NCBI GenBank assembly: GCA_965285935.1
Contig: OZ260666.1
Span: 806,001 to 870,000 of the forward strand
Source: Ophelia neglecta
Lineage: Eukaryota
DNA length: 64,000 nt
Direction of reading: 5' to 3'
The position numbers and the translations under genes were made by a program. This document shows positions 22,310 through 35,642 of the stretch, one piece after another; within the stretch, counting starts at the first letter, position 1; each line of letters starts with the position of its first letter. The notes beneath the pieces are model-generated. The model saw only the letters and a list, made by a program, of their open reading frames with translations. It searched no databases and was not told the DNA's origin.

Positions 22310-23742
22310 AACACGGGCCGCCACCTCATCACTCAACACGGCCCGCCACCTCATCTCACAACACGGCCCGCCACCTCATCTCACAACATGGCCCGCCACC
22401 TCATCCCACAACACGGCCCGCCACCTCATCTCACAACACGGCCCGCCACCTCATCCCACAACACGGCCCGCCACCTCATCTCACAACACGGCCCGCCACC
22501 TCATCTCACAACACCGCCCGCCACCTCATCTCACAACACGGCCCGCCACCTCATCCCACAACACGGCCCGCCACCTCATCTCACAACACGGCCCGCCACC
22601 TCATCTCACAACACGGCCCGCCACCTCATCTCACAACACAGCCCGCCACCTCATCCTACAACACGGCCCGCCACCTCATCTCACAACACGGCCCGCCACC
22701 TCATCTCACAACACGGCCCGCCACCTCATCTCACAACACGGCCCGCCACCTCATCTCACAACACGGCCCGCCACCTCATCTCACAACACGGCCCGCCACC
22801 TCATCTCACAACACAGCCCGCCACCTCATCCTATCACACGGCCCGCCACCTCATCTCACAACACGGCCCGCCACCTCATCTCACAACACGGCCCGCCACC
22901 TCATCTCACAACACGGCCCGCCACCTCATCACTCAACACGGCCCGCCACCTCATCTCACAACACGGCCTGCCACCTCATCTCACAACACGGCCCGCCACC
23001 TCATCCAACAACACGGCCCGCCACCTCATCTCATAACACGGCCCGCCACCTCATCTCACAACACAGCCCGCCACCTCATCCTACAACACGGCCCGCCACC
23101 TCATCTCACAACACGGCCCGCCACCCTCATCTCACAACACGGCCCGCCACCTCATCTCACAACACGGCCCGCCACCTCATCTCACAACACGGCCCGCCAC
23201 CTCATCTCACAACACGGCCCGCCACCTCATCTCACAACACAGCCCGCCACCTCATCCTACAACACGGCCCGCCACCTCATCTCACAACACGGCCCGCCAC
23301 CTCAACTCACAACACGGCCCGCCACCTCATCTCACAACACGGCCCGCCACCTCATCTCACAACACAGCCCGCCACCTCATCTGACAACACGGCCCGCCAC
23401 CTCATCTCACAACACGGCCCTCCACCTCATCTCACATCACGGCCCGCCACCTCAGCTCACAACACGGCCCGCCACCTCATCTCACAACACGGCCCGCCAC
23501 CTCATCTCACAACACGGCTCGCCACCTCATCTCACAACACGGCCCGCCACCTCATCTCACAACACGGCCCGCCACCTCATCTCACAACACGGCCCGCCAC
23601 CTCATCTCACAACACGGCCCGCCACCTCATCTCACAACACGGCCCGCCACCTCATCTCACAACACGGCCCGCCACCTCATCTCACAACACGGCCCGCCAC
23701 CTCATCTCACCACACGGCCCGCCACCTCATCTAACAACACGG
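22310..23742. repeat. 25-bp minisatellite (acacggcccgccacctcatctcaca), ~57 copies
   Basis: Direct reading; source of the 530-aa and 482-aa artefact ORFs. Confidence 0.95.
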
Positions 23743-23744
23743 CA

Positions 23745-24900
23745 TAATGATTTAGTACTTTTACATAGATGGACAGATGGACTTTAGTCCTAGTAGTACA
23801 AGATTCTGCTCAGTGTACAACAGCTTGTCAACGGGCTCTATCGTTATTGTTCTCTTAACCTACTCATTTTAAACGAGACAAATAATTATATGGTGTTTGC
23901 TGAAAGTGGGAGCAAAGAACTTTGTTTTGTTTTTTTTGGTTACCAGGCAATAGCCCTTGTAACAAAGTATACATGCTTAGGAAATTATATGAACGAAATT
24001 AGGTCTCTTAATACTGATCCGTTTACGTTCAGTAACCCTTATCTGTGCGACAAGCTCTGATATATATGCATTGAGGTCTACAAAAAATCGACTGCAGCCT
24101 ACCCATAAATGTGGCATCACCGTCTTTTGATGTTTGTATTAAACCTATCCTGCTATGCTGAAGAGATGTTTGGGGTATGAACAAATCGGGATTGGAATCC
24201 ATCGAGAATGTTCATTTGGGTTACTTGACGAGGGTACTTGATGTGAAACTTTACACCTCTTCCCTAGTCGTCTATGGCGAATGTGGTCGACACTCATTGT
24301 ATATAGATACACATGCCCAGGTGTTCAAATATTTCAAACTACTAGAAACCATGCTTGTAACCATGCATGTAAAACAAGTTTATAACAGTCTGAGATCATT
24401 TAAAGAAATAGGCGTTCCTACATGGGTTGGCAAAGCGCGACCAGTCATTAGTGTTTCCAATTTTAGTCAGCTTCAAATGCATTTCAACCCTGTGTCTATT
24501 TCTGCTTCTCTTAAAAACTTCAAACGTGACCTTAAGAATGAGTGTCAAGCAGAATGGAGACGAGCTGTGAGCGATATAAACTTAAATTCCAAAATGACGC
24601 AGCTACTGCCTTATAACAAATTTTTCCAGCTTGAAAAGTATTTACATATTAAATTTGGCAATCGGCTCGGACTGACTTAATTTGGGCTAGGCCGCCACCT
24701 GCTCGAAATTTAGACTGGGCATTAAGAGTTCAAGAGTTATCAGAACCAAACTATAACTTGAGAGAGTCTTGGTTTTTATGCCGCATATGTATGGAGATGG
24801 TATTATATGAAATTTGTTTTTGCCGCGTACGTTTTACCGATCAGTGAAGTTACCCCATGTGACAGACGTTTAATCCGAGTTGGCAGGCGTCACGATCTGT
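23745..24900 (+). mobile_element. Decayed non-LTR retrotransposon (RT C-terminal part); duplicated at ~35645-36600 and ~46855-47800
   Basis: LESIENVHLGYLTRVLDVK..VYGECGRH and related LINE C-terminal motifs, with many stops and frameshifts. Confidence 0.7.
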
Positions 24901-27900
24901 ATACAGCTCATGGAGCTTAGGCCAGTTCACAGAGACTACCGACTACTCACCGACTTACACTTACTGCAACCGTGCACTTTACATAAAGCCCCATCGTGTC
25001 CGAGATGGAAAGTGTAGCGGATCGCGGTCTGCTTACCTGGCCTTCGTCCTAATGTGGCTGTTACTTTCTCCTCCCTCTGCCCAAAGGGGGAGCCAGCACA
25101 TTTTGGGCCCCATTTTACTTCATTTTAATGAGTAGTTCAGCTATAAATGTCTTTAAGGTGAAGAGTGTACTTGCATGCATTGTACTATGATATTAATACT
25201 ATGGTCTTTATAATATGCAGTCAAGTTACAATTACATTGTGTCATGCATGCTTGGCTTGGTCCAATCTTCCGCCACAAGCCACATTGACATAAGGTAGTG
25301 GGGCCGATTCATTTCGTTTTTATTGTCTTCCTAATTCCAGTAAATGAGAGGTAGATTAAACATGAACGGAAGTAGTATACGTGATTCTTACCATACATGA
25401 AATCTCTATCCTTTTCATTATCCGTTTCCATGTTGAATCAAACCGTTATATATGCTTCTATGTTGGAATAAAAAAAACCTGTAGAAAGAAGCGACTCGTT
25501 ATATCTCGATAAGATTAGTACATTTCTGAACACATGTACCTTGCGTGTATGTTAATCTCCTTTATATGTTTTATTTAAGATACACACATAAATGCCTGTA
25601 GAGCTAATGCGAGGCATGTGATACCTGATTTCGGATGGGGAGTACCCCGGTTACCCCAAATAAAATTTATATCTCAGGGGCGGGGGGTGGGGGGGGGGTA
25701 AGATGGGACGTGCCGCAATTAGAAGGAAGGGGCGTCCAGGGAGAAGTGGGTGAAGGAGTTAGGACAGTTCAAGAAGTTAGGAGTAGGAGGTGAGGCAGAG
25801 GAGAATAAATTGTGGGTCGAAACTTGTCTATTGGACTGTATGTAAACACCGTTATATTATACCCAAGCCCGTACAATTTAACTTTGCACTTGATGTTAAT
25901 GGGTTAGGGTCCATGGTAAAAATATGTTCAAATTAGCCAATGTTAAAAAGCCATAATGCTTTAGCCAAGCTATCGCTTTCGCCACTTGCGGTAAAGCGTT
26001 AGTTGCATATGATGCACTCTAAGTAGTGTTCAGTTCTTCAGAGAGGTATGATTAATAAACTGCCGACTTGCATAAAGCACTTAACTCCATTGCTCGATAG
26101 CCCTTTTTTTCAAAAATGCACGGAGCTGTTTGGTGCAGAAACCACTCATGATTATTGAAAGATTTAATATATCACCGCTCATTATCTCTTAGGTGGATTT
26201 GGAGCGTGCACACAAATACTTGACACAGTAATTGCATGGTTCTCCTGTTGTCTGTGTACACGGGGGATAGCGTGGCAAGTATTTGTAGTGAGTTTGTAGG
26301 ACCGGAAAACTGATATAAGGAGCATGGCAGATGGGGGGGGGGGGGGGGGAGGGCAATCAGCGAGAAGTGGGACTAGCAGCAGTCTGAAGGCGTTGTCTGG
26401 ACAAAGTGGGTAAGGGGTCCAGCTGGTTGAAGGGAAGCAGAGTGGGTGAATCGGGTAGAATATAGGCTCCGGGTCAGGGTTGAATTTGCGGCAGTTCAAC
26501 CAAGGGTTTTATAAGGTTTTATGATGGCTTAAGGCGTTGGTTTGGTCGAGAAAAAGTAAGGGGTCACAAATTGAAACTGTGGGCAGATCGATCAGCGATA
26601 AATTAAGAAAAGGGTCAAAAATGGCATGGTCTGGCGTAGATACAGAAGAAATACCTGTCAAGTCTCGATTTACTAGATGATCCCGTCGGCAAGGATTGGG
26701 GTATGTAATGGGTTGGCTGGCGTTTATTACAACCAGCCCCTGCCCCATTTTGGTAATAAAAAGAGCGGTCGTTTTTTTCCATAAAACTAGTCATAACAAC
26801 TATGATAGTAATGGTAGTTTATTATAATGATATGAAAGAACAAAAACACGACATTAGACAACTCAACTTACGTTCTGTATCTCGAGGGACTGGGACCTAC
26901 GCAATTCGTCTATGCTGGAACAATTCTACACGAAGCTGTGGCAAAGATTTGTCGAGATGTATGAAGCAACAGCAGAATGCACGATGAAACCAGTTGATAG
27001 AATTGGTCTTAAAATATCCTATCAGATTTATTGAAATGTATAATCAGCACTGGGCCATCCAACTAGGACGAATGAACATAGTTACCAAACACAAACAAAC
27101 TGAATATCAAGTACTGATAAGGTAAGTGCCCATTAATCAACAGTTTGGTTCGGTTGCAAAGAACATCACAGTATTCTATATACAACATCTGACGATAAAT
27201 CACCTTTAGAGATAAACATTTATATAATCCATTGTGTGTTTGTGGGAGGGGGGGGGGGTGGTTATAAACAAATAAAGCTTTTGCTGGTTGAATTTAATTG
27301 TACGAACGTAGAGACAAAGTCAATAAATACCCTCCTGTGATATATGTTGCTTCGAGAATGGACGCCTTTCACCGCCATAGCAAATGACCATCCCATAAAA
27401 ACGTGGAAAACACGACAGTTGGGTCTGTACGCTTCGCGTGTCTCTTTTGGCCAATCAGAAATAGCTGGTCCAGTTTTGTGGGAATACACACACAGGAGTC
27501 ATCGCGTTGTACATGTATACCCTACTGGTTTTTTCTAGTACAGAACGCCAAATGGTTTAGATTTGTTTAGAAGGAAAATCAACATAGAACCAGTTGGTAT
27601 ATCACGTCGATTGTCCCGGTGCTCCTTGGAAAACATCGTGATCATATGTACTCGTGCATCTTTGCCAGCGAATATAAAACGTGTCTTCAAAAAAAAAATA
27701 TATATATATTTCTCCCCTACTTGGAAGGTTCAAAATGTGAAAGGCCCCACCCCCCTCTAAAGGCTTAGTGTTACGGGTCTTACGTTCATGTAGTGTTCGA
27801 AAAATTGTTGGAACAAACGAACCCTATAGCATGATATCTTACATGCCTTGCAGTGTCGGCGCCTGTCGGGTGGGAATATACACAGCTTTCCACAGGGCGA

Positions 27901-29521
27901 ATGTAAATGATACGCTCTAGTGATCTGCACACATATGAGCCAAACACTTTGTGAAGGTCGAAACCGAATAGGGTGGAATCCCTTATATCCCAAAATGCAA
28001 GCGGACCATTACTCTTTGCAAGCGGCAAGGCGCGGGGAGGGCGTGCAGCTGACAGTCTTGTGTACGAGAGCGGGACGAGATCTGCTGGATTTTACGTAAG
28101 CTTTACTCGTTTCACTAGCACATCTCTCGTCGTAGGTGACCTACTCTATCCAGTCTGAATCTTAGTGTCAAACTAGCGTCATTTAGTGACTATTGTTTCA
28201 GGTAGGTTACATGCTTCCTTTCTATACAAACTGTTGTATGAACGTCGCTTCTGATACATTAATCTCTAACCCCTATTATAGGATGACTACAAATAGTTAC
28301 CTAAAACTCCAAGTTGTAAAACTTACCTGCACCGTAACAGAGTACCTGGCATTTTCAACCAGAGGCTTACTGGAAAACCTAACACGAGATACGAGGGAAA
28401 TACGAGATGCACAGATACGACAACAACAAGTTAAATTCGGGCTGTGAGAGGGTTTGCTATAGGGTTAAGCCATCAACCTGACTGAGACACTTAAATAACC
28501 CTTAACCCTACCCCAAACCTACCCCAAACCTAATCCATATGGCTGAGGTTTAAACATCTCGTTCCTCATAGCTGTGTCTCGTAACTGGAATTTCCTATCA
28601 GGTATTCCCGTATGTCCCACCCAGAGATACTTTGGTACAATGGATTGTGGGAAACACTTAATCAAAACAATAACAACTGCAAATGGACCATAGTGTCCTG
28701 ATGGTTTGGTAACAAACTAGGCACAGCTGTCATAAGGTCACACGCAATCTGCAACGCAGAAATACTTGGATTCATGCACATAAATTGAACAACTGCCAAG
28801 CACCTATACATATGATTAGTCAGGGTATACAATTGGTATAATCCATATATAAAGGCGAGCCCAATTGATATCTGTACGTGAAACCATGCTTTGTCATGTA
28901 GCTGCACCTTTCATGAAAACAGCTTTAAGCAAGTGATATTCTTGTCACGACTACTTGTTAATAGTTGACACTTGACAAACAGGCACATAATGTACATATT
29001 ATGAAGGCATGTATTGACACACACACAAAAGTGTTTCACTCAAAGGTAAAGATGGAAGCGCAAGGAACATGCCGCTTAATGTAAGCATAATGTTAGCATA
29101 GGTGCCGGGTTGCACAACGCCAAATTTTTACCATTCATAAATTTTGTGCAGTCGCGATGTATAATGAAGACAAGATTATCATGTCCTCGAATAGCATAAC
29201 ACTTTGCTTAAAAACGAGTCTATATACCTTTTTATTACAAAATCTAAGCTAGTTTATTTAAAAATGTCAGCATAGTTATCGAAATCTTTCAAATGACTAG
29301 TGGTTTCATAGTCGGAAGAATCCTTGGGGATGCGCTGCAGGGAAAAGTATATTGAAAATGCGTATCCAGTATACTCGTATAAAGGCTGTCTCAGTTTTAT
29401 CTCACCTTGTGGCATTATGCCTCAGTTGTAAAAATATGTATTTGTAGATGAATTGCTGAATTTAAAGTTTTACCTCAAATATGCTAGTGATAAAATACAA
29501 TTATAAACATGTCAATGCAGC

Positions 29522-29706
29522 CAGTGGCGGATTCAGCCTGCCCCCACCCCCCTCCCCTCTTGCCAAAAAGTGGGCCCGGACTAGGGCCTATTTCTGGACC
29601 CAACAAGATGGTTTCAGAGGGTTGATAACAAGGACAATCCAGAAATGTGCCTTGTTAGCCTTAGAAACCCCCCCCCCCCCTTCCTGAAGTCCTGAACCCG
29701 CCACTG
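29522..29706. mobile_element. 185-bp MITE-like element (copy at 54159-54346)
   Basis: TIRs CAGTGGCGGATTCAG / CTGAACCCGCCACTG; no clear TSD. Confidence 0.6.
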
Positions 29707-30346
29707 GCATCATATTAGTACATTGGCAATACACACGTCAATTTAGCCACTCAGCATCATGTGTCTTTCTCTGCAATATTGTGCACTAAGCCACCTGAGG
29801 TCAAACAGACCATATCCCATGATGAATTGTGTACAACATCATCAGGAATTAGCAGCCCCATGCCCACACACAACAATACATCGACCTCCAGCTCCCAAAT
29901 AATAAATAAACTTGCAATGCAAGTAAAAAATGAAAATAAAAACCTGATACTACTTGCATTGAGAAGTAGTCAGCAGTTTCCATTACGTGAGTCATAACAC
30001 AAAACAAACGACTCAGTGGACAGAGATAAAATATGACCATGGAGGGTCTGTGATGGTGTGAACTCCCTTAAAATGTAGAGACCAATGGTGAAAGTGTCTC
30101 GATAAACTGGTCCCTGCAAGGTTCGCCAGTCCCACGTCCTCTACGATATAGGAACATTACAGAAATCAAGAGAAAAGAGATCTATTTGTAGGGCACTGTT
30201 CCTTACCTACGTACACCAAGCTTATATGCACAATTTTGGCTAGGCACAAGTTATAGACTAATGAGGTGCATATCACATGATCTAACAGAGAAATCGAGCG
30301 GTGTTTCATTTTAAATATAAAACTAGTCAAAATGAATTTGCATTTA

Positions 30347-30547
30347 CAGTCGAATCTGTCCTTGTGGGCATCTGTGAATTAAGGGCATCTTTGAATTAAG
30401 GGCACTTTTGTTCCATCCGGCCCGACATAACATGGGACTAATAGGAGACATCTAAGAATTAAGGGCATCTCTGAATTGAGGGCTTCTGCAAAATTAAGGA
30501 CAAATATGTTCAGTCCTATGAGTGCCCTTAATTCACAGATAGGACAG
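30347..30547. mobile_element. Tc1/mariner-like MITE flanked by TA (copy at ~55009-55212)
   Basis: ta|CAGTCGAATCTGT ... ACAGATAGGACAG|ta; internal gaattaagggca repeats in both orientations. Confidence 0.55.
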
Positions 30548-31179
30548 TATTTAAATAATTAATACATGAAGACTAAATGACATGACAGCAGTTTGAGGCT
30601 TTAATGAGAATAGCGAATGTCAGAACGGCAGAAATGCATCAGACGCCAGTACATTTCATCCAGTTAAGTACATGCCCAAGTCAGTCTGCCGCTCTTTAAT
30701 AGCCAGTCTGTAATAAGGCAGATAAGTCGGTTGCAACACAAGCTGAAAACGTTTCATAAGGTGCCACCTGAGAAATATGGAATGGCCATTCAGGCTGTGG
30801 AAATTACATTTTGTTCAAATTTTAAACATCATAGTTTGCTATATTATTCAATACTATAGAAGGGAGTCTTAACCTGTTATACCCAAACGTATTTTACGTA
30901 TTTAGTTAAAATATTTAAGACGCATTGGAAAAATATATTAGGCAAGTGTCAAAATTACTTTATGTGGATACATCTTGCAGCGAGACGACTTATTTCAATG
31001 GATATTAGAAAATGTATCATGTTTGTGATGACTTCACCTACTCATCCTAACAGTCTGACTTCTATCCCCATCTCTACAGCTATTGGCCCTTATCCAACCT
31101 CGTTCTGATTTGGGAACCAACCAATCAACATTCAAAATGACTTCGCCTACTCATCCTAACCCCATTTCTTACTATTCAG

Positions 31180-32256
31180 ATGGCGACCGCGATGCCCGAT
31201 CTTGTCGAATGTGAGATTTGCCTCAGTCCCCTCACGGCGCCGCGGGTTCTCACCTGCCGGCATATATTCTGTCTGTCCTGCCTAGAGACATTGGAAAGCT
31301 ACAAGAAAATCAAGTGTCCCAAATGTCGAAAGGAGACAGAGATACCCCAGGGCCTCCGGGTCTCTCATCTCCCAAAACGCATCATAAGAAGTCACACGAT
31401 AGTAAGGTCATCGATCGTCTTGGTGAAGTCCAAGCAGGTGGAGCGCGAGATAGGAAGTGTGAAAATCGACGACTACTCTCAGGTAATATATACAAGTACT
31501 ATGGACAGTGAGAAACCTATCAAAATGTATAACTACATGGGGGAATACCTAGGTCACCTGGCGGCTGATCGGCGTCTACTGATGGCTGGTTTGGACGTAG
31601 ACACCAAGAGAGGACTCGTCTTAGCTGCAATGGATACACACATAATAACATTCGACAGGGAAGGACAGCAGGTCGGTACCATCATCTGCCCGGATTTCAA
31701 ACATTTGTTTGATATTGTCTACCAGCCAGACAACGACAGGTATGTCGTGGGAGACATCGTGGCTCACTCTCTCTACTACGTCGACCCTGACACCGAGGAG
31801 GTCGTGCACACCGTACTAGCCGAGGAGGCTCGAATAACACAATGTGGGGCTAGGAACTTTTACATGGCAGCCAGCAAGGTTACTACTAGCTTGGCCCTAG
31901 GCACACTGGACGCAGAAAAAGGCCTTGTAAGGTTGTACGATAAAGGCGGGACACCTATAATGAGCTGTGGAGGAGCTGGAGTTGGATATGGGAAATTCCA
32001 ATTCCCAGGCGGTATCTGTTTTGATCCCCAGGGTCGGGTAGTGATAAGTGACCTGCGCAACCAACGTCTGGTACGCGTGTCTCCCGACGTAGTGGAGAAG
32101 CACAAAGAATGGCAGCTTCTGGTAGGAACACAGCAGTTTAATCTGGGGCATCCCCGTGTGATGGACATCACAGCTGACGGGCTGGCCGCCATGGTGTTCT
32201 ATGCCGACCCGAGTGTAGGTCCATTCCATCTGGCCATTCTCAGCGGTCTATGCTGA
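31180..32256 (+). CDS. RING-HC (C3HC4) + NHL-like beta-propeller protein, copy 1 (TRIM-NHL-like E3 ligase lacking B-box/coiled-coil)
   Basis: CEIC-x11-CRHIFCLSC-x11-CPKCR; NHL blade GVGYGKFQFPGGICFDPQGRVVISDLRNQRL; intact 358 aa; ATG directly preceded by a polypyrimidine-CAG acceptor. Confidence 0.9.
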   Translation: MATAMPDLVECEICLSPLTAPRVLTCRHIFCLSCLETLESYKKIKCPKCRKETEIPQGLRVSHLPKRIIRSHTIVRSSIVLVKSKQVEREIGSVKIDDYSQVIYTSTMDSEKPIKMYNYMGEYLGHLAADRRLLMAGLDVDTKRGLVLAAMDTHIITFDREGQQVGTIICPDFKHLFDIVYQPDNDRYVVGDIVAHSLYYVDPDTEEVVHTVLAEEARITQCGARNFYMAASKVTTSLALGTLDAEKGLVRLYDKGGTPIMSCGGAGVGYGKFQFPGGICFDPQGRVVISDLRNQRLVRVSPDVVEKHKEWQLLVGTQQFNLGHPRVMDITADGLAAMVFYADPSVGPFHLAILSGLC

Positions 32257-35029
32257 GTACAGTCACTTTTAACATAGGGTCGTAATATTGACCGTGAGAT
32301 CTACGCATAATCCCTCTTATATATGTGTTTTGTAATTCCCACTAACTTATTCCAAAAACACCTGTCGGGTGATTAAAAGTTTCATACTAATATGATAATT
32401 GCATTGTCAGATAGTGCTTTTCGAGAAAGAATATATGCAAAATGTTAATAGAATGGTCACCTAACTTAATGTAACTGACTGTGTGTAAAATAAAACTACA
32501 TATGTATAAGTATTGCATTACACAAACCTTTGTAACTTGTAGTCTACTGCCAGCCATTGAATTTAAAGGTTGGTATAACAATAGTAGTACTGTAATTAAC
32601 AATACGTATACTACTAGGCCATGAATGCCGCATACGGCGTCCGTCCTCATGTGATTTTTGGAAACATTCTTGAATTGCAATTTATTTGTGTATGGTTTAT
32701 TGTATATTTGTTGTTCATTTCACATTTGTTTGGTACTATATATATCCATGTATATCAACTCTTTTATACACACATAGTAACGAGCTGCAATATATTGTTA
32801 CTGCCATTATTAGTTTTTACCAAAGTTTTATCAGCAATACCAATTAACATGTTATACGCGCCCCAATGAATGGTTAAAGAATTCTGAAAATGCACATCGA
32901 ATAAACAGAAATGTTATAGGGCACATGGTTACAAATAATCTTGGTTTATTCCAGAACATTGCCAAATTTGTAACATCGGAAAAAGTCACGGATGTTTTAT
33001 TTGTGAAATAGGTACAGGATTATCTGTTTTATTGAGAGATATGTGCTCTCCTGTTATGCTAAAATTGTAAGCGAAAATATATCTATCTGTTATAAAAGCA
33101 TTTATATTAATGGGACTTAATTAATCTACACACACTGTTACTGCGCAAAACTAAAAGTTATTTGTACTTTGGCTTAATAAAATGAATAGGCGTTTCCTGC
33201 TATAACTATCTCCCGAGCTATCTAACTGTAAAGTAACTTGTTATAAAATATTATAAGGAAAGAAACTTAATATGGGGAAATGTGGGTAAGTACGATCACC
33301 TTGGTAACTACGATCATTTGTAACAAGGCTAATTTGAGTGTCTCCTATATAAAGCTTATGAGTAGTATACACGCGTTGTGTTGTTTTTACCATCCCACTA
33401 ATAATGTATATTTAGCACCTTAAATGAGGAAACTATATCTTGGATATTAAAGCAACAACAGACTATTGTAATTGGCTCTTTCATTGACTACGTCATTCCC
33501 CTGAAAAATCGCCAGCACTTCCAAGTAGTGACCGATTTTGAGGTATGTATGTTTAATGTACCTTGGTCCCATTGTAAGGCGTCCCCGCATCCTTCGAGTC
33601 GTATTTATTAAGAAAATAATAGTTTGAAGAACAAGTTGTAGTTTATTTCGTGTATAAAATATATCTTAATCAAATAAAATCAATAAAAGAAATCGATCGT
33701 ACTTACCTCAACCTAAACTTTCTAGCCTGGGGTAAATACACTCACCGACATTTGAGCGCGGGTAGGCCACGAGGATACTAGGTGCATGTCTAGGACTAGT
33801 ATGCTGATAATTTTTATGTGGTTGTCTGTATGCGAGCATGGTTATTTCTCCGCAAACACTGGATGAATGAGTGTCATGCCCCGGTTGAGAATAGTAATAA
33901 CAATGCACGTTGACATTACACTAGCCGAATATGTCCGCGACCCCGAGCGCCTGCCCTGAATCTCCAGTGACGTGTTGCTGCCTGTAGTCTAGATCTTGAT
34001 ATACAGCCGGCATCCTCAATGAACGTCCCCGGCGCGGGGTGTCTTTAAGGCTTTTTTGCTTATGCTTGAGAGCTTGGGGACATTTTAAGCATGACATTAT
34101 TGCCAGTAGAAACTTTCGGATCGAACAATAATTCCACAGCGTTACCTCCCAGACATATAGGCCTAAGTAGCCTACAGAACTTGTTCGTGAAGATTTGTGC
34201 GTGGTGGCAGATTGCACAATTAAAAGTTGAACTTATCATTATCACTGCATTCAGTAGAACTTAGTGTGTACCGAGAACAGTTCAAAAAAAGCTTTAAAAG
34301 AAATACAAGAGGCCTCGCGGTTATAGGGCCTAGAGGATATGTTTAGAAAATCAGTTATCATAGTAAAAGTTACGCTACCTACTTATATTTCGAAATGTTG
34401 TTGTTTTGTGACCCGAAAATGTACCGATAGGCCTACTGTTTATGCCTGTGCCGCAAGATCCCCACTCAACGAACAGGCCGCGGAGAACGCGGACATCTAA
34501 ATTGTTTACAGTCGATTTATTATTTTTTTCGCTGGCTCTTGTACGCCTAACCTAGATGACTTAGTGAAGTAAACACGGACATGAGGTTTTTAAGAGAAAC
34601 TTTGTGAAAGGTGGCAAAATAGAGCCCAGGCCTAGCAAAGAAAGTTAAATGATAAACAAAATATGTCAATTTGACGTAGAACATGGCCAGGGGTGAAACA
34701 TGCTTGTAATCCTGTTGATCGTAGTAACCATCATGTGATCGTACTTACCCCCACGTGACTTTTTTTTCACGCCACCCCATAATAAAAAATAATTTGTAAT
34801 GATCGATGGAGATTAATACCATCTTAACGGCATCTCACGCTTTTCTATATTCCTGTGAAATACCACAATAGTTTGTAATTAATTGTGGAGAACAAACGAT
34901 CCTATAATGTATGATAGGTTAGACGACAGAAGAAGATGCCATTCAAACTGAACAATGATTGGACAGCCATTGTTCAGTTTGAATGGCGTCCCAGAGGTAA
35001 TATCAATCAGTGTGCCCTTCCCAGAGGTG

Positions 35030-35642
35030 CTGCGTCCTGCCAGCTGTGATGATGCGACTTGCCAGCTGTGATGATGCGACTTGCCAGCTGTGGTGATGCA
35101 CTTGCCAGCTGTGGGGATGCGACTTGCCAGCTGTGGTGATGCCACTTGCCAGCTGTGGTGATACCAACTGTGGTGATGCCACTTGCCAGCTGTGGTGATG
35201 CGACTTGTCAGCTGTGGTGATGCCACTTGTCAGCTGTGGTGATGCCACTTTCCAGCTGTGGTGATGCCACTTGCCAGCTGTGGTGATGGGACTTGCCAGC
35301 TGTGGTGATGCCACTTGCCAGCTGTGGGGATGCGACTTGCCAGTTGTGGTGATGCCAGCTTTGGTGATGCCACTTGCCAGCTGTGGTGATGCGACTTGCC
35401 AGCTGTGGTGATGCCACTTGCCAGCTGTGGTGATGCGACTTGCCAGCTGTGATGATGCCACTTGCCAGCTGTGGTGATACCAGTTGCCAGCTGTGGTGAT
35501 GCCAGCTGTGGTGATGCCACTTGTCAGCTGTGGGGATGCGACTTGCCAGCTGTGATGATGCCACTTGCCAGCTGTGATGATGCCAGCTGTGGTGATGCCA
35601 CTTGCCAACTGTGGTGATGCCACTTGCCAGCTGTGGTGATGC
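35030..35642. repeat. 22-bp minisatellite (gccagctgtggtgatgccactt) with 15-bp variants
   Basis: Direct reading. Confidence 0.95.

Noticed and set aside
22195-23787. 530-aa and 482-aa His/Pro/Thr-rich ORFs
   Set aside because: Translation of a 25-bp minisatellite; the same peptide cycles through all frames.
26182-28907. Short ORFs conserved between units 1 and 2
   Set aside because: Conservation simply reflects recent segmental duplication; no recognisable domains, and frames break between copies.
31218-32229. Overlapping alternative-frame and antisense ORFs within the RING-NHL genes
   Set aside because: Shadow ORFs; their lengths and ends vary between paralogues.
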